32,000 nt of DNA from Desulfotalea psychrophila LSv54 (GCF_000025945.1 NC_006138.1:30001-62000); one strand, 5' to 3'. Shown: positions 9,299 through 20,436, counted from the first letter of the stretch. The notes: generated from the sequence alone by a model not told the origin. Made by a program: numbers and translations.

Positions 9299-10832
9299 TC
9301 TTTAGCTTTAACTTAATGGCATTACGCAAACTTGACGACAACATCATGGATATCGACAAGGCGGTCAAGCCAACACTTGCTACATAAAAAAACATTACCC
9401 AACGGTTATCACTCTCAATAGGCAACCACAGTGTTGACAGTCCCACTAGAAAAGCTGGCATATAAATAGCTAAACCATCTTTTAACAACCACTCAAGATG
9501 AAGCCCTGGTTCAAGCTTATGGTGCACATAGGCGGTCCAAGTTAATAAATATAAAAAATTAATTATCATCCAAACATAACCAGCACCGACACCACCGTAA
9601 TGGGAGGCGGCAAAGATAATAGCAGGTATCAAGAAAATAACCATGATTACATTACCAATAAGGTGGTAACGAAGATTCCCCTTAGCATACTGCAGATAGT
9701 ACGGGAAAGCTGACACCGCAAGAAAGCCATTGCCTACTGCATATAATCGCAATATAGGAGATGCATTAATAGCAAGCCCTCTATCACCTGTCCAGGCGAC
9801 CAGCAAAGGTTCGGCGCAGAAGGCAATGGTAATCGCGGCCGAACCGGCAATCACACTTACCAGTTGAGTAGCGTTGCGATAAACCTGAATTAATTCTTCG
9901 TGTTTACCTTCGGCATGTAGCCTAGCCATACGTGGCATAATCGCGCTGCTAATAGGGCCGCTTATTACCATAATGCCCCCCGCTACCAATACTGCAAGGG
10001 TAAAGTAACCGTATTCCGCTAAGGGTAGAATACCAGAGAGGATCAGTTTATCTGTCTGGGTAACCAGCACCCATACTGATGAGGTGAAGGCAATGGTTAA
10101 GGCAAATTTCAATACCGGTTTTACAGGATTGAATGACCAGCCGATCGATTGTGGCAATTGGCTAGCTGACGGCAACAACCTGCCACTCATCAGCCATAAT
10201 CCTGTCACCTCAAACACTGCAACCAACAGCTGATGGACAAAAAAGACAACGGGCGTAAAACCATAAATCCACATGCTGAGGAATACGGCAATAAAACGCA
10301 GGGTGGCGACCAACGCATTAAAACAACTTAGCCAGACCAATCGCTCAGAGCCCGTTATCACCCCTCGGTATAAGCCACCCATCCAACGCAGGGCTACACT
10401 GATAGCCATAATTTCGACCGCCAAGACCACTTCGCTCAAGGGCAAGCTAGTCACTTTAAGCCAACGAGTGGCAACAAACTCTGAGAATAGCCATAGTCCA
10501 CCTCCACCCGAGATAGCAATACCTGCAAAAATCAGACTAAGGGCCCGAAATAGTTGGCGATAGGCTAGCGCCGACATAGAGCCGCCGTGATAACGCGCGG
10601 TTTCGCGACCAATAGTCGGAGTTAAGCCCAAATCAAGCAAGGAAAACCAGGCTTGCAGCATGGTAAAAAAGCCTACAAGCCCATAGGCCTCTGCACCCAT
10701 ATATTTAATATACAAGGGAAGAATAAGGATTCCAACACCAGTCACATAAACCTGACTAATATAGTTGGCAATAATATTTTTTTTAAGAGACAAAGATACT
10801 TTTACAAAGTTAATTTGATAAGGAGAATTCAT
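9288..10832 (-). CDS. Wzx-like polysaccharide flippase (MOP/RfbX superfamily)
   Basis: 514 aa, about 12-14 hydrophobic segments, YISQVYVTGVGILILPLYIKYMGAEAYGLVGFF N-terminus typical of RfbX-type flippases. Confidence 0.85.
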   Translation of the reverse strand: MNSPYQINFVKVSLSLKKNIIANYISQVYVTGVGILILPLYIKYMGAEAYGLVGFFTMLQAWFSLLDLGLTPTIGRETARYHGGSMSALAYRQLFRALSLIFAGIAISGGGGLWLFSEFVATRWLKVTSLPLSEVVLAVEIMAISVALRWMGGLYRGVITGSERLVWLSCFNALVATLRFIAVFLSMWIYGFTPVVFFVHQLLVAVFEVTGLWLMSGRLLPSASQLPQSIGWSFNPVKPVLKFALTIAFTSSVWVLVTQTDKLILSGILPLAEYGYFTLAVLVAGGIMVISGPISSAIMPRMARLHAEGKHEELIQVYRNATQLVSVIAGSAAITIAFCAEPLLVAWTGDRGLAINASPILRLYAVGNGFLAVSAFPYYLQYAKGNLRYHLIGNVIMVIFLIPAIIFAASHYGGVGAGYVWMIINFLYLLTWTAYVHHKLEPGLHLEWLLKDGLAIYMPAFLVGLSTLWLPIESDNRWVMFFYVASVGLTALSISMMLSSSLRNAIKLKLKSDG

Positions 10833-11337
10833 TTTTAAGGATAGACATCTGAATCATATTCATATATTTTCCCTCCTTAAAAACTGCTTGTCGATGCTTA
10901 CCTTCTTCAGAAAATCCTACCTTTTTGTAAAGCGCACGTGCAGCTTCATTTTCTTCCAAGACAGTCAGATAAACTCGATTTAGATTTAAATCCAGAAAAG
11001 CATGTTTAAGCGCACCTTCAGTGGCAAAAGTACCAACGCCATTACCTCTAAATTCAACATCACCAATCCAAATTGCAAATTCACAACTCCGAGAAATCCA
11101 ATCGATTGATAATAAGTAAACCGCACCAATTATGTCATTACTGCCATGTTGACATACCGCTAGGCGCACACAGTTAGATCTATTTGAAAAATAGTTATCC
11201 AACCAAGCAGAATCAATACTTTCATCAATATATCTAAAAGGTGCCCCCAGTAAACTGATCAAATCATTATTATTCCGCCACTCATTAATCGTTTTTTGGT
11301 CCTGCCTAGATATCTCTCTGAGATAAAAATCTCTCAT
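10810..11337 (-). CDS. GNAT-family N-acetyltransferase (PseH/RimJ-like)
   Basis: 175 aa; LREISRQDQKTINEWRNN, FAIWIGDVEFRGNGVGTFATEGALKHAF, NLNRVYLTVLEENEAARALYKKVGF. Confidence 0.88.
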   Translation of the reverse strand: MRDFYLREISRQDQKTINEWRNNNDLISLLGAPFRYIDESIDSAWLDNYFSNRSNCVRLAVCQHGSNDIIGAVYLLSIDWISRSCEFAIWIGDVEFRGNGVGTFATEGALKHAFLDLNLNRVYLTVLEENEAARALYKKVGFSEEGKHRQAVFKEGKYMNMIQMSILKNEFSLSN

Positions 11338-12308
11338 ATCCCTATCCTATTCATCACAGACAATATTATTCTAATTTCCTCAAGAGCGTAACGCTGATCA
11401 CATGGTAACGGGACCAACATATTCACCAGTTTCTGTTCAAAACAGCCATCTTCAACTTTATCAATACATTCCGCCCAGTATGTTGAAATAAAAACTCTAC
11501 TTTTAATTAATATATCTTTAAGGCCTTCTTGAGCATACAGGAATGGATAGACCATTGGCCCATCGACAAACGACAAATTTATATTTATTTTATTGCTACC
11601 GCCAAGGATACTATGGATATATAAAAAATTTTCATTCCTTGCAGTTCTAACAGCATCATAATCAACAACTGACAGGAGCCTTTCTGTCAACTTGGACATT
11701 TTTTTAGGCACGAAATCCATCAAAGTTTTTTCTGCCAACTGATAATCTAAATATCCAAATTCTGCTGAATCTGCAAGTCGTTTTAATAAATGAATAGATC
11801 GTTTAATCGAGTCTTCGTCAATTTCTTCTGGTTCTACCATAGATACGTTCGTTACCAAAAAACCACCATCAGGCACACCAAAAAATTTTCTTGGTGAATA
11901 TATTGTTGCCAAACAATCCAAAGGTGCTTGAAAGAATGCCTGTGAATGATCGAAGACAATCTGATCAGAGTTATATTTCTCAAGTATCTTTAATTGCTGC
12001 TTTCCGCAGACACCAAAGTAATTAACATATAATAACAAATCATTCTCTTGAAGTTTCAAGTCTTCTTTAATTGAAAAATCATCGTTCAAAGAATAAAAAG
12101 AAACTTCGACACCCGCCTTATGCACTGGAGCCAACATTGCATCGCAAATATAAAGAGGCATCCAAATCCTCCGTGGATTCACGTATAGTATCAATGCATA
12201 AAATGCAGATCGAGCAGATTGATACCTCAAAGCCTGTGGGTACAGGCTTTGTTTAGCCACTGGAAGCTCAAGTTCAAAATAACCACCTATAGCTTCAGAA
12301 TTCATCAC
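11334..12308 (-). CDS. Divergent DegT/DnrJ-like PLP-fold protein of unknown function
   Basis: 324 aa; VFDHSQAFF...IYSPRKFFGVPDGGFLV resembles the DegT internal-aldimine region (SxxKxxGxxxGG), but the rest is only weakly DegT-like. Confidence 0.5.
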   Translation of the reverse strand: MMNSEAIGGYFELELPVAKQSLYPQALRYQSARSAFYALILYVNPRRIWMPLYICDAMLAPVHKAGVEVSFYSLNDDFSIKEDLKLQENDLLLYVNYFGVCGKQQLKILEKYNSDQIVFDHSQAFFQAPLDCLATIYSPRKFFGVPDGGFLVTNVSMVEPEEIDEDSIKRSIHLLKRLADSAEFGYLDYQLAEKTLMDFVPKKMSKLTERLLSVVDYDAVRTARNENFLYIHSILGGSNKININLSFVDGPMVYPFLYAQEGLKDILIKSRVFISTYWAECIDKVEDGCFEQKLVNMLVPLPCDQRYALEEIRIILSVMNRIGI

Positions 12309-12312
12309 AATC

Positions 12313-13002
12313 TCATACCATTTTATATGATTTTAGCATTTCAACAACTCTCTCTTTTTTGCACCACATTAACACGTCAATCATAGAAAGATACGGGACA
12401 AACTTATTATTTGCCTGTGTATAGCTAACTTCATCCATTTTAATAAATGACAGTTCAATACCGTTAGATTGAAAATAATCTTTATTATAAAGGCTCTGCC
12501 CACCTATACTATTTATATATTTATTTGCCCCAAAACGACGTGTTATATCTATCAGTCTATCCGCTGCAGACAAGCTATGATCATAGTCAAGTTCACTTGA
12601 TTTAATTATTTCTTTTTCTACCCCTAAATAAGCAAACACTTGCGAGAGGCTCTGTTTACAAACTTCAGCTAGAGACCTGTCCTCATAAGTCAGAATCGCT
12701 TCTACAATCGGGAAAATTTCGTTGAAAAAAAGTGCTTTTGAATATGACTGTTGAATAGTCGACAACACCTTTTTGACATCACTTGAAAAAGACAGTTCTT
12801 TAATTTTTTTGTTTGAGGATGCACCCGGCACAGGCACTGTAAACCGCTGAGACTGACCTTTAACGAGAATATTATTCCTATTAATGTAACCGCCTTTTAT
12901 ATAATTAACATCATCATAAACAACAAATTTATCCGCACAGTTGACTAACTGATAGTAACCAAAATATGGGAAGAGATAAGGCTGCATAACAGCTATAACC
13001 AT
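12313..13002 (-). CDS. WbqC family protein
   Basis: 229 aa; MVIAVMQPYLFPYFGYYQLVNCADKFVVYDDVNYIKGGYINRNNIL is the WbqC-family N-terminus. Confidence 0.9.
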   Translation of the reverse strand: MVIAVMQPYLFPYFGYYQLVNCADKFVVYDDVNYIKGGYINRNNILVKGQSQRFTVPVPGASSNKKIKELSFSSDVKKVLSTIQQSYSKALFFNEIFPIVEAILTYEDRSLAEVCKQSLSQVFAYLGVEKEIIKSSELDYDHSLSAADRLIDITRRFGANKYINSIGGQSLYNKDYFQSNGIELSFIKMDEVSYTQANNKFVPYLSMIDVLMWCKKERVVEMLKSYKMV

Positions 13003-13004
13003 TT

Positions 13005-14111
13005 CTACACCTTCTTAAAAAAACTAACAACTCGTTGCAAACCATTTAAGTCAAGAGTCGGATAAATAGGCAAGCACAAAACCTTACTTGCTACCTCTGT
13101 TGCGACAGAAAGGTTCTCTTTCTTACTTGAAGGTTCCCCCCTATACATAGGAAAATCACTCATCAGCGGATAAAAATAACGCCTGGCATAGATATTATTA
13201 TCTTTAAGTTTCTGATACAACACATCACGCGTAAGCGGATACTCTTCCTCCACCAAAACGGGAAAATATGAGTAATTTTGTTTCAGTGCTGAAGAAGATG
13301 GGACGGTAATTCCCTTCACATCCCTTAATTGTTCGCGATAATACTCATCAACCAAGCTACGTTGTTTTATTGCTTCATCAATATAATTAAGCTGCACCAG
13401 ACCAAAGGCACCATTAACCTCACTCATCTTGCCATTGATACCTGCAAGAGCCACCGTTGTCTCATCGACAAAGCCAAAGTTTTTCAGCTGATCAATACGC
13501 TGCTTAATCTCAGCATTTTTACAGACAATGGCTCCCCCCTCAAAGGTATTAAAGACCTTGGTGGCGTGAAAGCTCAACACACTAAGATCACCGTGGCGTA
13601 GTATGCTGCCACCCTTATCCTGCACGGCAAAGGCATGGGCTGCATCGTAAATAACTTTTAACTTATGCCTCTGAGCAATCTCATTAATGGCTTTCACATC
13701 ACAAGGATTGCCATAGCAGTGCACGGGCATAATAGCAGTCGTCGCTGGAGTGATCGCCGCTTCAACCTTAGCAGGATCGAGGTTTAGAGTCTCAGAATCA
13801 ATATCGACAAAAACAGGTTTAAGCCCATTCCAGACAATTGAGTTAGCCGTTGCAACAAAGGAGTAGGGGGTCGTAATTACCTCACCAGTAATTCCTAGTG
13901 CTTGAAGCGCAGTGATAAGCGCAATTGTTCCGTTATTAAACAAACAGATGTGCTCAACCCCAAGATAATCACAGAGGGCCTGCTCAAAACGTTGATGCAT
14001 AGGGCCACAATTTGACAAGATCTTACTCTCCCAAATTTCCTTGAGCAGAGGGGTGAACTCTTCTAAGGGTGGTAAAAAAGGTTGCGTTACATAGATATTT
14101 TTCTCTTTCAT
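13005..14111 (-). CDS. DegT/DnrJ/EryC1/StrS aminotransferase, probably a dTDP-4-keto-6-deoxyhexose 4-aminotransferase (VioA-like)
   Basis: 368 aa; [62 protein letters not shown]; adjacent to rfbA/rfbB. Confidence 0.85.
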   Translation of the reverse strand: MKEKNIYVTQPFLPPLEEFTPLLKEIWESKILSNCGPMHQRFEQALCDYLGVEHICLFNNGTIALITALQALGITGEVITTPYSFVATANSIVWNGLKPVFVDIDSETLNLDPAKVEAAITPATTAIMPVHCYGNPCDVKAINEIAQRHKLKVIYDAAHAFAVQDKGGSILRHGDLSVLSFHATKVFNTFEGGAIVCKNAEIKQRIDQLKNFGFVDETTVALAGINGKMSEVNGAFGLVQLNYIDEAIKQRSLVDEYYREQLRDVKGITVPSSSALKQNYSYFPVLVEEEYPLTRDVLYQKLKDNNIYARRYFYPLMSDFPMYRGEPSSKKENLSVATEVASKVLCLPIYPTLDLNGLQRVVSFFKKV

Positions 14112-14989
14112 TTTGCCTCCGCAATAAGGGTAAGAAGATATTTTCCATAACAGCCCTTGCTCAATCTCTGACCTACCTCCCGCACAGACTCAATAGAGAG
14201 CCAACCATTGTTGTAGGCTATCTCCTCCAAACAGGCCACCTTATAGCCCTGACGCTTCTCTATTGTCTCCACAAACTGGGCTGCTTCAAGCAGGCTCTCA
14301 TGGGTTCCCGTATCAAGCCAGGCAAAACCACGACCCAATAACTGAACATTCAGATCATTCAGGGCCAGATAAGCATTGTTGACCGAGGTTATTTCCAGCT
14401 CTCCACGGGAGGAGGGCTTAACCTCTTTCGCTATCTTAACCACCCTGTTGTCATAAAAATAGAGTCCTGTCACCGCATAGTTTGACTTAGGCTGAGCTGG
14501 TTTCTCCTCAATGGATCGTACCCGTCTCTCCTCGTCAAATTCAACTATGCCAAAGCGTGCCGGGTCTTTCACCTGGTAGGCAAAGACGGTGGCCCCTCTG
14601 CCAGACTGGGCTGTGACAACAGCCTGTTGCAACATGGGGGAAAAGCCTTGGCCATAATAGACGTTGTCACCGAGGATGAGACAGACATCATCATCACCAA
14701 TAAACTCTTCACCCAGGATAAAGGCCTGAGCCAAGCCATCGGGGCTTGGTTGCACCACATAGGAGAGATCAACACCAAACTGACTTCCATCTCCCAGGAG
14801 ACGTTGAAAACTGGCAAGGTCCTCAGGGGTGGTAATGATCAAAATCTCCCGAATACCAGCGAGCATAAGCACCGAAAGGGGATAATAGATCATGGGCTTA
14901 TCGTAGATAGGAAGGAGTTGTTTTGAGACACCCATGGTAATGGGGTAGAGACGCGTTCCTGAACCGCCTGCTAAAATAATACCTTTCAT
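14108..14989 (-). CDS. rfbA: Glucose-1-phosphate thymidylyltransferase
   Basis: 293 aa; [46 protein letters not shown]; [14 protein letters not shown]. Confidence 0.97.
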   Translation of the reverse strand: MKGIILAGGSGTRLYPITMGVSKQLLPIYDKPMIYYPLSVLMLAGIREILIITTPEDLASFQRLLGDGSQFGVDLSYVVQPSPDGLAQAFILGEEFIGDDDVCLILGDNVYYGQGFSPMLQQAVVTAQSGRGATVFAYQVKDPARFGIVEFDEERRVRSIEEKPAQPKSNYAVTGLYFYDNRVVKIAKEVKPSSRGELEITSVNNAYLALNDLNVQLLGRGFAWLDTGTHESLLEAAQFVETIEKRQGYKVACLEEIAYNNGWLSIESVREVGQRLSKGCYGKYLLTLIAEAK

Positions 14990-16047
14990 TATGCTCTTAC
15001 TCCTAAACGCTGACGATTATAGGAGCCATCAAGCACTCTGCTCCACCATCCTTTATTATCAAGATACCACTGAACTGTTTTACGGATGCCAGACTCAAAT
15101 GTCTCCTGGGGTCGCCAACCGAGCTCCCGTTCTATCTTGCCTGCATCAATGGCATAGCGCAGATCATGGCCGGGACGGTCAGCAACATGGCTTATCAAAT
15201 CTCTGTAGGAGCTACCCTCTTCACCAGGAACCATTTCCTGCAAAACATCACAGAGAGTATGAACAACCTCCAGATTACTCTTTTCGTTATGCCCCCCGAT
15301 ATTATAGGTCTCTCCAATTTTCCCCTGCCGAAGCACGAGAAGAAGAGCACGGGCGTGATCCTCGACATGAAGCCAATCTCGGATTTGCTGCCCATTACCA
15401 TAGATAGGTAGAGCTTTGCCTTCCAGGGCATTGAGGATCATGAGAGGAATGAGTTTCTCAGGGAATTGGTAGGGACCATAATTGTTAGAGCAGTTGGTGA
15501 TAATAGTTGGAAAACCGTAGGTCCGTTGCCATGCTCTAACCAGATGGTCACTGGCTGCCTTGGAGGCTGAGTATGGACTGCTTGGCGCATAGGAGGTCTC
15601 TTCGGTAAAGAATTCCTCAGGATCTGCAAGATCTCCATAGACCTCATCGGTTGAGACATGGTGAAAGCGAAAACACTCTCTCCTCTCTTCAGGTAGAGCA
15701 GACCAATATTTTTGAGCCACCTGTAAAATGGTGGAGGTACCCACAATATTGGTCTCTACAAAGGTTGCCGGGCCATCTATGGAGCGATCGACATGACTCT
15801 CGGCGGCCAGATGCATAACAGCATCGGGCTGGTGGATAGCAAAAACACGTACCAACTCTTCACGGTCACAGATATCCACCTGCTCAAAGAGGTAATGCTC
15901 ATTCCCGGCAACACCCTCTAGGGACTCAAGATTACCCGCATAGGTGAGTTTATCGAGATTAACGACACTGTCATCCGTATTTTCTAGTATATGGCGAATA
16001 ACCGCAGATCCTATAAAACCTGCACCGCCTGTTACTAATATTTTCAT
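14989..16047 (-). CDS. rfbB: dTDP-glucose 4,6-dehydratase
   Basis: [62 protein letters not shown]. Start moved from 16098 in the track to the ATG at 16047, where the Rossmann motif begins; the 17-aa extension overlaps the upstream gene. Confidence 0.96.
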   Translation of the reverse strand: MKILVTGGAGFIGSAVIRHILENTDDSVVNLDKLTYAGNLESLEGVAGNEHYLFEQVDICDREELVRVFAIHQPDAVMHLAAESHVDRSIDGPATFVETNIVGTSTILQVAQKYWSALPEERRECFRFHHVSTDEVYGDLADPEEFFTEETSYAPSSPYSASKAASDHLVRAWQRTYGFPTIITNCSNNYGPYQFPEKLIPLMILNALEGKALPIYGNGQQIRDWLHVEDHARALLLVLRQGKIGETYNIGGHNEKSNLEVVHTLCDVLQEMVPGEEGSSYRDLISHVADRPGHDLRYAIDAGKIERELGWRPQETFESGIRKTVQWYLDNKGWWSRVLDGSYNRQRLGVRA

Positions 16048-16063
16048 AGCCCTCTGAGACATT

Positions 16064-17101
16064 TTATTTATGCCCGGAGACGGAAAGACTCTGCACATAC
16101 CAGCCCATAGCCTTCTCTATTCCCGCACCAATTTTATACTGTGGACTATATCCCAAAAGCCTTTTTATCTTAGTGGTATCTGCCTGAGAATGCCGCACAT
16201 CACCTGCACGAAAGTCACGATAGCTCGGATCTAGGTTATAGACTATGCCATGATCTGCAAGATTATGCTTTATGAGGTTGAACAGTTCATTGAGTGTTGT
16301 CCTATCGCCAACGGCAACATTGTAGACATTGTCCCTAGCCTCTTCTGTCGCTGTTGCAGCAAGGATATTTGCCTGTACTGCATTCTCTATAAAGCAAAAA
16401 TCACGGCTGGTCTCTCCATCACCATTGATAAAAACAGTTTCATCATTAATCATGGCCGCAGTCCAGAGGGGAATGACAGCCGCATAGGCACCATTGGGAT
16501 CCTGACGTTTACCCAGAATATTAAAGTAGCGAAGACCTATGGTCTTAAAACTATAGGTTCTGGCAAAGACAGAGGCGTAGAGCTCATTGACATATTTGGT
16601 TACAGCATAGGGAGAGAGGGGATTACCTATATTCTCCTCTACCTTAGGCAGGGCTGGGTGGTCACCATAGGTAGAGCTGGAGGCGGCATAGGTAAAGCTT
16701 TTCACCTCAGCATCACGAGCCGCCACAAGCATATTCAAAAACCCACTGATATTGGTATTGTTGGTGGTAATCGGGTCAACAATGGAACGAGGCACAGAAC
16801 CAAGAGCTGCCTGCTGGAGCACATAGTCAACGCCCTGACAGGCTTCTTGGCAGGCATCAAGACTACAAATATCCCCTTCAATAAAACGAAAGTTTTGCCA
16901 TTGAGCATCTGTCACCGCCCCTTCAACTTCATCAAGGTTATGCTGGTATCCTGTAACAAAATTATCGAGACCCACAACTTTTTGCCCCAGGCCAAGAAGA
17001 GTCTCTAAAAGGTTAGAGCCAATAAATCCTGCAACACCTGTGATAAGCCAGGTCTTGGGGCTATCTTTTAATTCCTGTTGTACCTCTTGGTATCTTGTCA
17101 T
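16064..17101 (-). CDS. wbpP: UDP-N-acetylglucosamine/UDP-GlcNAcA 4-epimerase (WbpP/TviC type)
   Basis: 345 aa; [55 protein letters not shown]; paired with a wbpO/tviB-like gene. Confidence 0.88.
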   Translation of the reverse strand: MTRYQEVQQELKDSPKTWLITGVAGFIGSNLLETLLGLGQKVVGLDNFVTGYQHNLDEVEGAVTDAQWQNFRFIEGDICSLDACQEACQGVDYVLQQAALGSVPRSIVDPITTNNTNISGFLNMLVAARDAEVKSFTYAASSSTYGDHPALPKVEENIGNPLSPYAVTKYVNELYASVFARTYSFKTIGLRYFNILGKRQDPNGAYAAVIPLWTAAMINDETVFINGDGETSRDFCFIENAVQANILAATATEEARDNVYNVAVGDRTTLNELFNLIKHNLADHGIVYNLDPSYRDFRAGDVRHSQADTTKIKRLLGYSPQYKIGAGIEKAMGWYVQSLSVSGHK

Positions 17102-17109
17102 TCCTACAC

Positions 17110-18390
17110 CTATAGCCTTATATCAACAACTGCCCTGGGCAGTATATATTTAAGATCGTATACAACTGATTTTTCCCTCAGCAAATCTTGTAAACCGGAC
17201 TCTCCAAGGGCTACAAACTCATTATGAGCTACAGCCACAACTACGGCATCATACTTATTTTGCCCTGGTTTTTCTACAGGAGAAATGCCATACTCTTTTT
17301 CCGCCTCAATCTTAGAAACCCAAGGGTCATAGACATCTACCTGGATATTATACTGGGCGAGCTCCGAGATAATATCCACCACCTTGGTATTGCGCAGATC
17401 AGGACAGTTTTCCTTAAAGGTGAGACCAAGAAGGAGGACATTGGCACCTTCCACCTGAATTCGTTTCTTGATAAGCGCCTTTACAAGCTGCGAGGCAACA
17501 TAGCTTCCCATATTATCATTGATGCGACGCCCTGAGAGAATCACCTCTGGATGGTAACCCACGGATTGGGCCTTATGGGTGAGATAGTATGGGTCAACCC
17601 CGATGCAGTGTCCCCCCACCAGACCCGGTCTAAAGGGAAGGAAGTTCCACTTTGTTCCTGCTGCCTCTAAAACTTCTTCGGTATCAATACCAAGTTTATT
17701 AAAGATGATGGCAAGCTCATTGATAAGGGCAATATTCAAATCCCGTTGCGTATTTTCAATCACCTTAGCAGCCTCAGCCACCCGAATAGAAGAGGCCTTA
17801 TGGGTTCCCGCTATAATAATTGAAGAGTAGAGTTCATCCACAAAGTCGGCTATCTGCTCAGTAGAGCCCGAGGTAACCTTTTTGATCATGGTCACGCTAT
17901 GCTCTTTATCGCCGGGATTAATACGCTCTGGGCTATACCCCGCAAAAAAATCTTTATTATAGGAGAGACCTGAAACACGCTCTAAAACAGGCACACAGTT
18001 CTCTTCGGTGGCACCAGGGTAGACAGTGGACTCATATATGACAATATCACCCTTGGAGAGAACTTGGCCCAAACTCTCTGAAGCCTTTACCAGGGGAGAG
18101 AGGTCTGGACATTTATGCTCATCAATGGGGGTCGGCACAGTGACAATATAGACATTACAGTCCCGCAGATCTTCAAGGTTTGTAGAATACTGTAACTCAC
18201 TGGCCTTACTCAACTCTTCTGCTGAACATTCCAGGGTGAAGTCGCTACCAGCGACAAGATCACGGACACGGCTCTCATTTAGGTCAAAGCCAATCGTCGA
18301 GATTTTTTTACCAAACTCAACAGCCAGGGGTAAACCGACATAGCCAAGACCAACAATACCAATTTTAGTAGTATCAAGCGAATATTCCAT
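17110..18390 (-). CDS. wbpO: UDP-N-acetyl-hexosamine dehydrogenase (WbpO/TviB type)
   Basis: 426 aa; [36 protein letters not shown]-like motif ([11 protein letters not shown]), [50 protein letters not shown]. Confidence 0.9.
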   Translation of the reverse strand: MEYSLDTTKIGIVGLGYVGLPLAVEFGKKISTIGFDLNESRVRDLVAGSDFTLECSAEELSKASELQYSTNLEDLRDCNVYIVTVPTPIDEHKCPDLSPLVKASESLGQVLSKGDIVIYESTVYPGATEENCVPVLERVSGLSYNKDFFAGYSPERINPGDKEHSVTMIKKVTSGSTEQIADFVDELYSSIIIAGTHKASSIRVAEAAKVIENTQRDLNIALINELAIIFNKLGIDTEEVLEAAGTKWNFLPFRPGLVGGHCIGVDPYYLTHKAQSVGYHPEVILSGRRINDNMGSYVASQLVKALIKKRIQVEGANVLLLGLTFKENCPDLRNTKVVDIISELAQYNIQVDVYDPWVSKIEAEKEYGISPVEKPGQNKYDAVVVAVAHNEFVALGESGLQDLLREKSVVYDLKYILPRAVVDIRL

Positions 18391-18435
18391 ACACTGCCTT
18401 TTTCATAAATTTCTTATAATTTTTCGGATAATAGA

Positions 18436-20436
18436 CTACAGCGCCACCTTAACCAAAGCCTCGTTGACCTTGACCATCTCGGCATATTCGGGCATGAGCA
18501 CCTTTAATAAATCGCGGACCCGATCGCCATCAAAGGCCCGAGCCTCCTGTCTCAGCTCCATGACAATGGCAATGGCCTCGCTGTCGGTGAGGACCTTCTC
18601 TCCGGCCAGGACCATGATCTTGTCATGGCCGGTCTCGACAATGCCCTCGCCTTCGGTGATAAGCTCTTCATAGAGTTTTTCCCCTTCACGCAGACCACTG
18701 TACTCTATTTTTATATCCTGGTCCGGCACTAAACCTGCGAGGGCGATAAGGTTACGGGCAAGATCGGCGATAAGCACCGGTTTACCCATCTTGAGGAGAA
18801 ATATCTCCCCACCTTCGCCCATGGAAGCAGCCTGAAGGATGAGCTGGGCGGCCTCTTCAATGGACATGAAGTAACGGGTAATCTTAGGGTGAGTTACCGT
18901 AACGGGTCCACCGCGCTGGATCTGGCGGGTAAAGAGGGGAATGACCGAGCCGGAAGAGCCGAGGACATTGCCAAAGCGTACCGCCATAAAGATGGTATTA
19001 TGCTCTATCGACCTATCCTTTATAATCCTCTGCCAGATCGGGGAAAGATTTCCCTGCCAGTTCCTTTTCCGGTAGGCGGACATGAGGAGCTCTGTCATCC
19101 GTTTGGAGGCACCCATGACATTGGTGGGGCGCACAGCCTTATCGGTGGAAACCACCACAAAACGTTCTACCCCGTAGACGATGGCAGCCTCCATCAGGAG
19201 TTGGCTAGAGACAATATTATTGTCCACCGCCTGCCAGGCGTTATTTTCCACCAGGGGTACATGTTTATAGGCGGCTGCATGGAAGATCACCTGAGGCTTA
19301 TGCTGCTCAAAAACATTGATCAGCAGCTTATGGTCCTGGACCTTACCGAGAACGGGCACAATATTATCCAGATCATACTCGTGCAGGAGTTCCATCTGAA
19401 TATTATAGAGGTTCTCTTCACAGGCTTCAAAGATGATGATCTTGGCCGGGGCAAAGGTAGTTACCTGACGGACAAGTTCGGAGCCAATGGAGCCACCTCC
19501 ACCGGTGATGAGGATGTTTTTCCCGGCCAGACAGGAGCCGATCTCGTCTGTTTCCAGCTTTATCTCGGCCCGGCCCAGTAGATCCCGATAGGAGATATCA
19601 CGAATATCAGAGAGATTGGCATGGCCATCAATAATTTCGCCAAAGCTGGGGATAATCTTATAGGGCAGGCCTGTTTTCTGGCAGAGAGAGGCTATCCGTT
19701 GCATCTCCTCGCCAGTCAGCGATGCGATGGCAATGAGGAGCTCCTCAGCCTTGGTCTGCTGAGCACACTCGCCCACAAAGTCCACTCCACCCCAGATGGG
19801 GATGTTGTGAATACGCAGACCCCGCTTAGAGGGATCATCATCTACAAAGCCAACGATATCATAGCAGAGCTTGCTGTTTTCTCTGATCTCCCGCACCGTC
19901 TTCTCGGCAGCACTGCCGGCCCCAACAATGAGGAGCTTTTTACAGCTGTTGAAATAGGCCCTGCGACCAGTTTTATCCACCACATGGCGCAGGATAAAAC
20001 GAATACCCACCCGGACCCCACAGACAAGGAGAAAGGTGAGGATGGCATCAAGGACCAGAACACTTCGGGAAAACTGCATGCTGGTATCGAGGAGGAAGAG
20101 GATACCGACAATAGTCAGTGAAGAGGTAAGGACGGCCTTGATGATATTAAGCAGGTCCCTAAAGCTGGTATAGCGCCACATGCCACTGTAGAGGCCAAAG
20201 GCATAAAAGATTGGCAGGCGAACGAGGAAAATAAAGGGGATAAATACCAAAAAATGAGAGACATCTCCCGGCTGTTGCTGAAAGTCAAAGCGGATAAGAT
20301 GGGCCAGGAAGTGGGCCAGGACAATAGAGAGACAATCGGCAAGGACCAGAAACCAGGCATTTCTCTGCGAGAAACGTCTCCTGAGGAGGAGGAACTGGTG
20401 ACGCAAAAAAACTGCTATGCCGAGAATCTTTTTCAT
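18436..20436 (-). CDS. CapD/WbpM/PglF-type membrane-anchored NDP-HexNAc 4,6-dehydratase
   Basis: MKKILGIAVFLRHQFLL start with N-terminal transmembrane segments; VGAGSAAEKTVREI; NILITGGGGSIGSELVRQV; STDKAVRPTNVMGASKRMTELLM; VRFGNVLGSSGSVIPLF. Start moved from 20577 in the track to 20436: the first 47 aa of the ORF (MFSSSSVVN...) translate repeat and leader sequence, and an SD-like AGGTAAAGGAAA precedes 20436. Confidence 0.93.
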   Translation of the reverse strand: MKKILGIAVFLRHQFLLLRRRFSQRNAWFLVLADCLSIVLAHFLAHLIRFDFQQQPGDVSHFLVFIPFIFLVRLPIFYAFGLYSGMWRYTSFRDLLNIIKAVLTSSLTIVGILFLLDTSMQFSRSVLVLDAILTFLLVCGVRVGIRFILRHVVDKTGRRAYFNSCKKLLIVGAGSAAEKTVREIRENSKLCYDIVGFVDDDPSKRGLRIHNIPIWGGVDFVGECAQQTKAEELLIAIASLTGEEMQRIASLCQKTGLPYKIIPSFGEIIDGHANLSDIRDISYRDLLGRAEIKLETDEIGSCLAGKNILITGGGGSIGSELVRQVTTFAPAKIIIFEACEENLYNIQMELLHEYDLDNIVPVLGKVQDHKLLINVFEQHKPQVIFHAAAYKHVPLVENNAWQAVDNNIVSSQLLMEAAIVYGVERFVVVSTDKAVRPTNVMGASKRMTELLMSAYRKRNWQGNLSPIWQRIIKDRSIEHNTIFMAVRFGNVLGSSGSVIPLFTRQIQRGGPVTVTHPKITRYFMSIEEAAQLILQAASMGEGGEIFLLKMGKPVLIADLARNLIALAGLVPDQDIKIEYSGLREGEKLYEELITEGEGIVETGHDKIMVLAGEKVLTDSEAIAIVMELRQEARAFDGDRVRDLLKVLMPEYAEMVKVNEALVKVAL

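Noticed and set aside
14991-15746. ORFs 14991..15407 (+) and 15438..15746 (-)
   Set aside because: Alternative-frame ORFs inside rfbB, whose own frame is unambiguous.
16250-17008. 252-aa plus-strand ORF opposite the wbpP-type gene
   Set aside because: Antisense shadow of a well-supported epimerase gene; no plausible start context or recognisable domain.
18889-19581. 230-aa plus-strand ORF antisense to the wbpM-like gene
   Set aside because: It lies wholly opposite a strongly supported CapD/WbpM-family gene, its translation is low-complexity/His-rich and resembles no family I recognise. Typical antisense shadow ORF of a moderately GC-rich gene.
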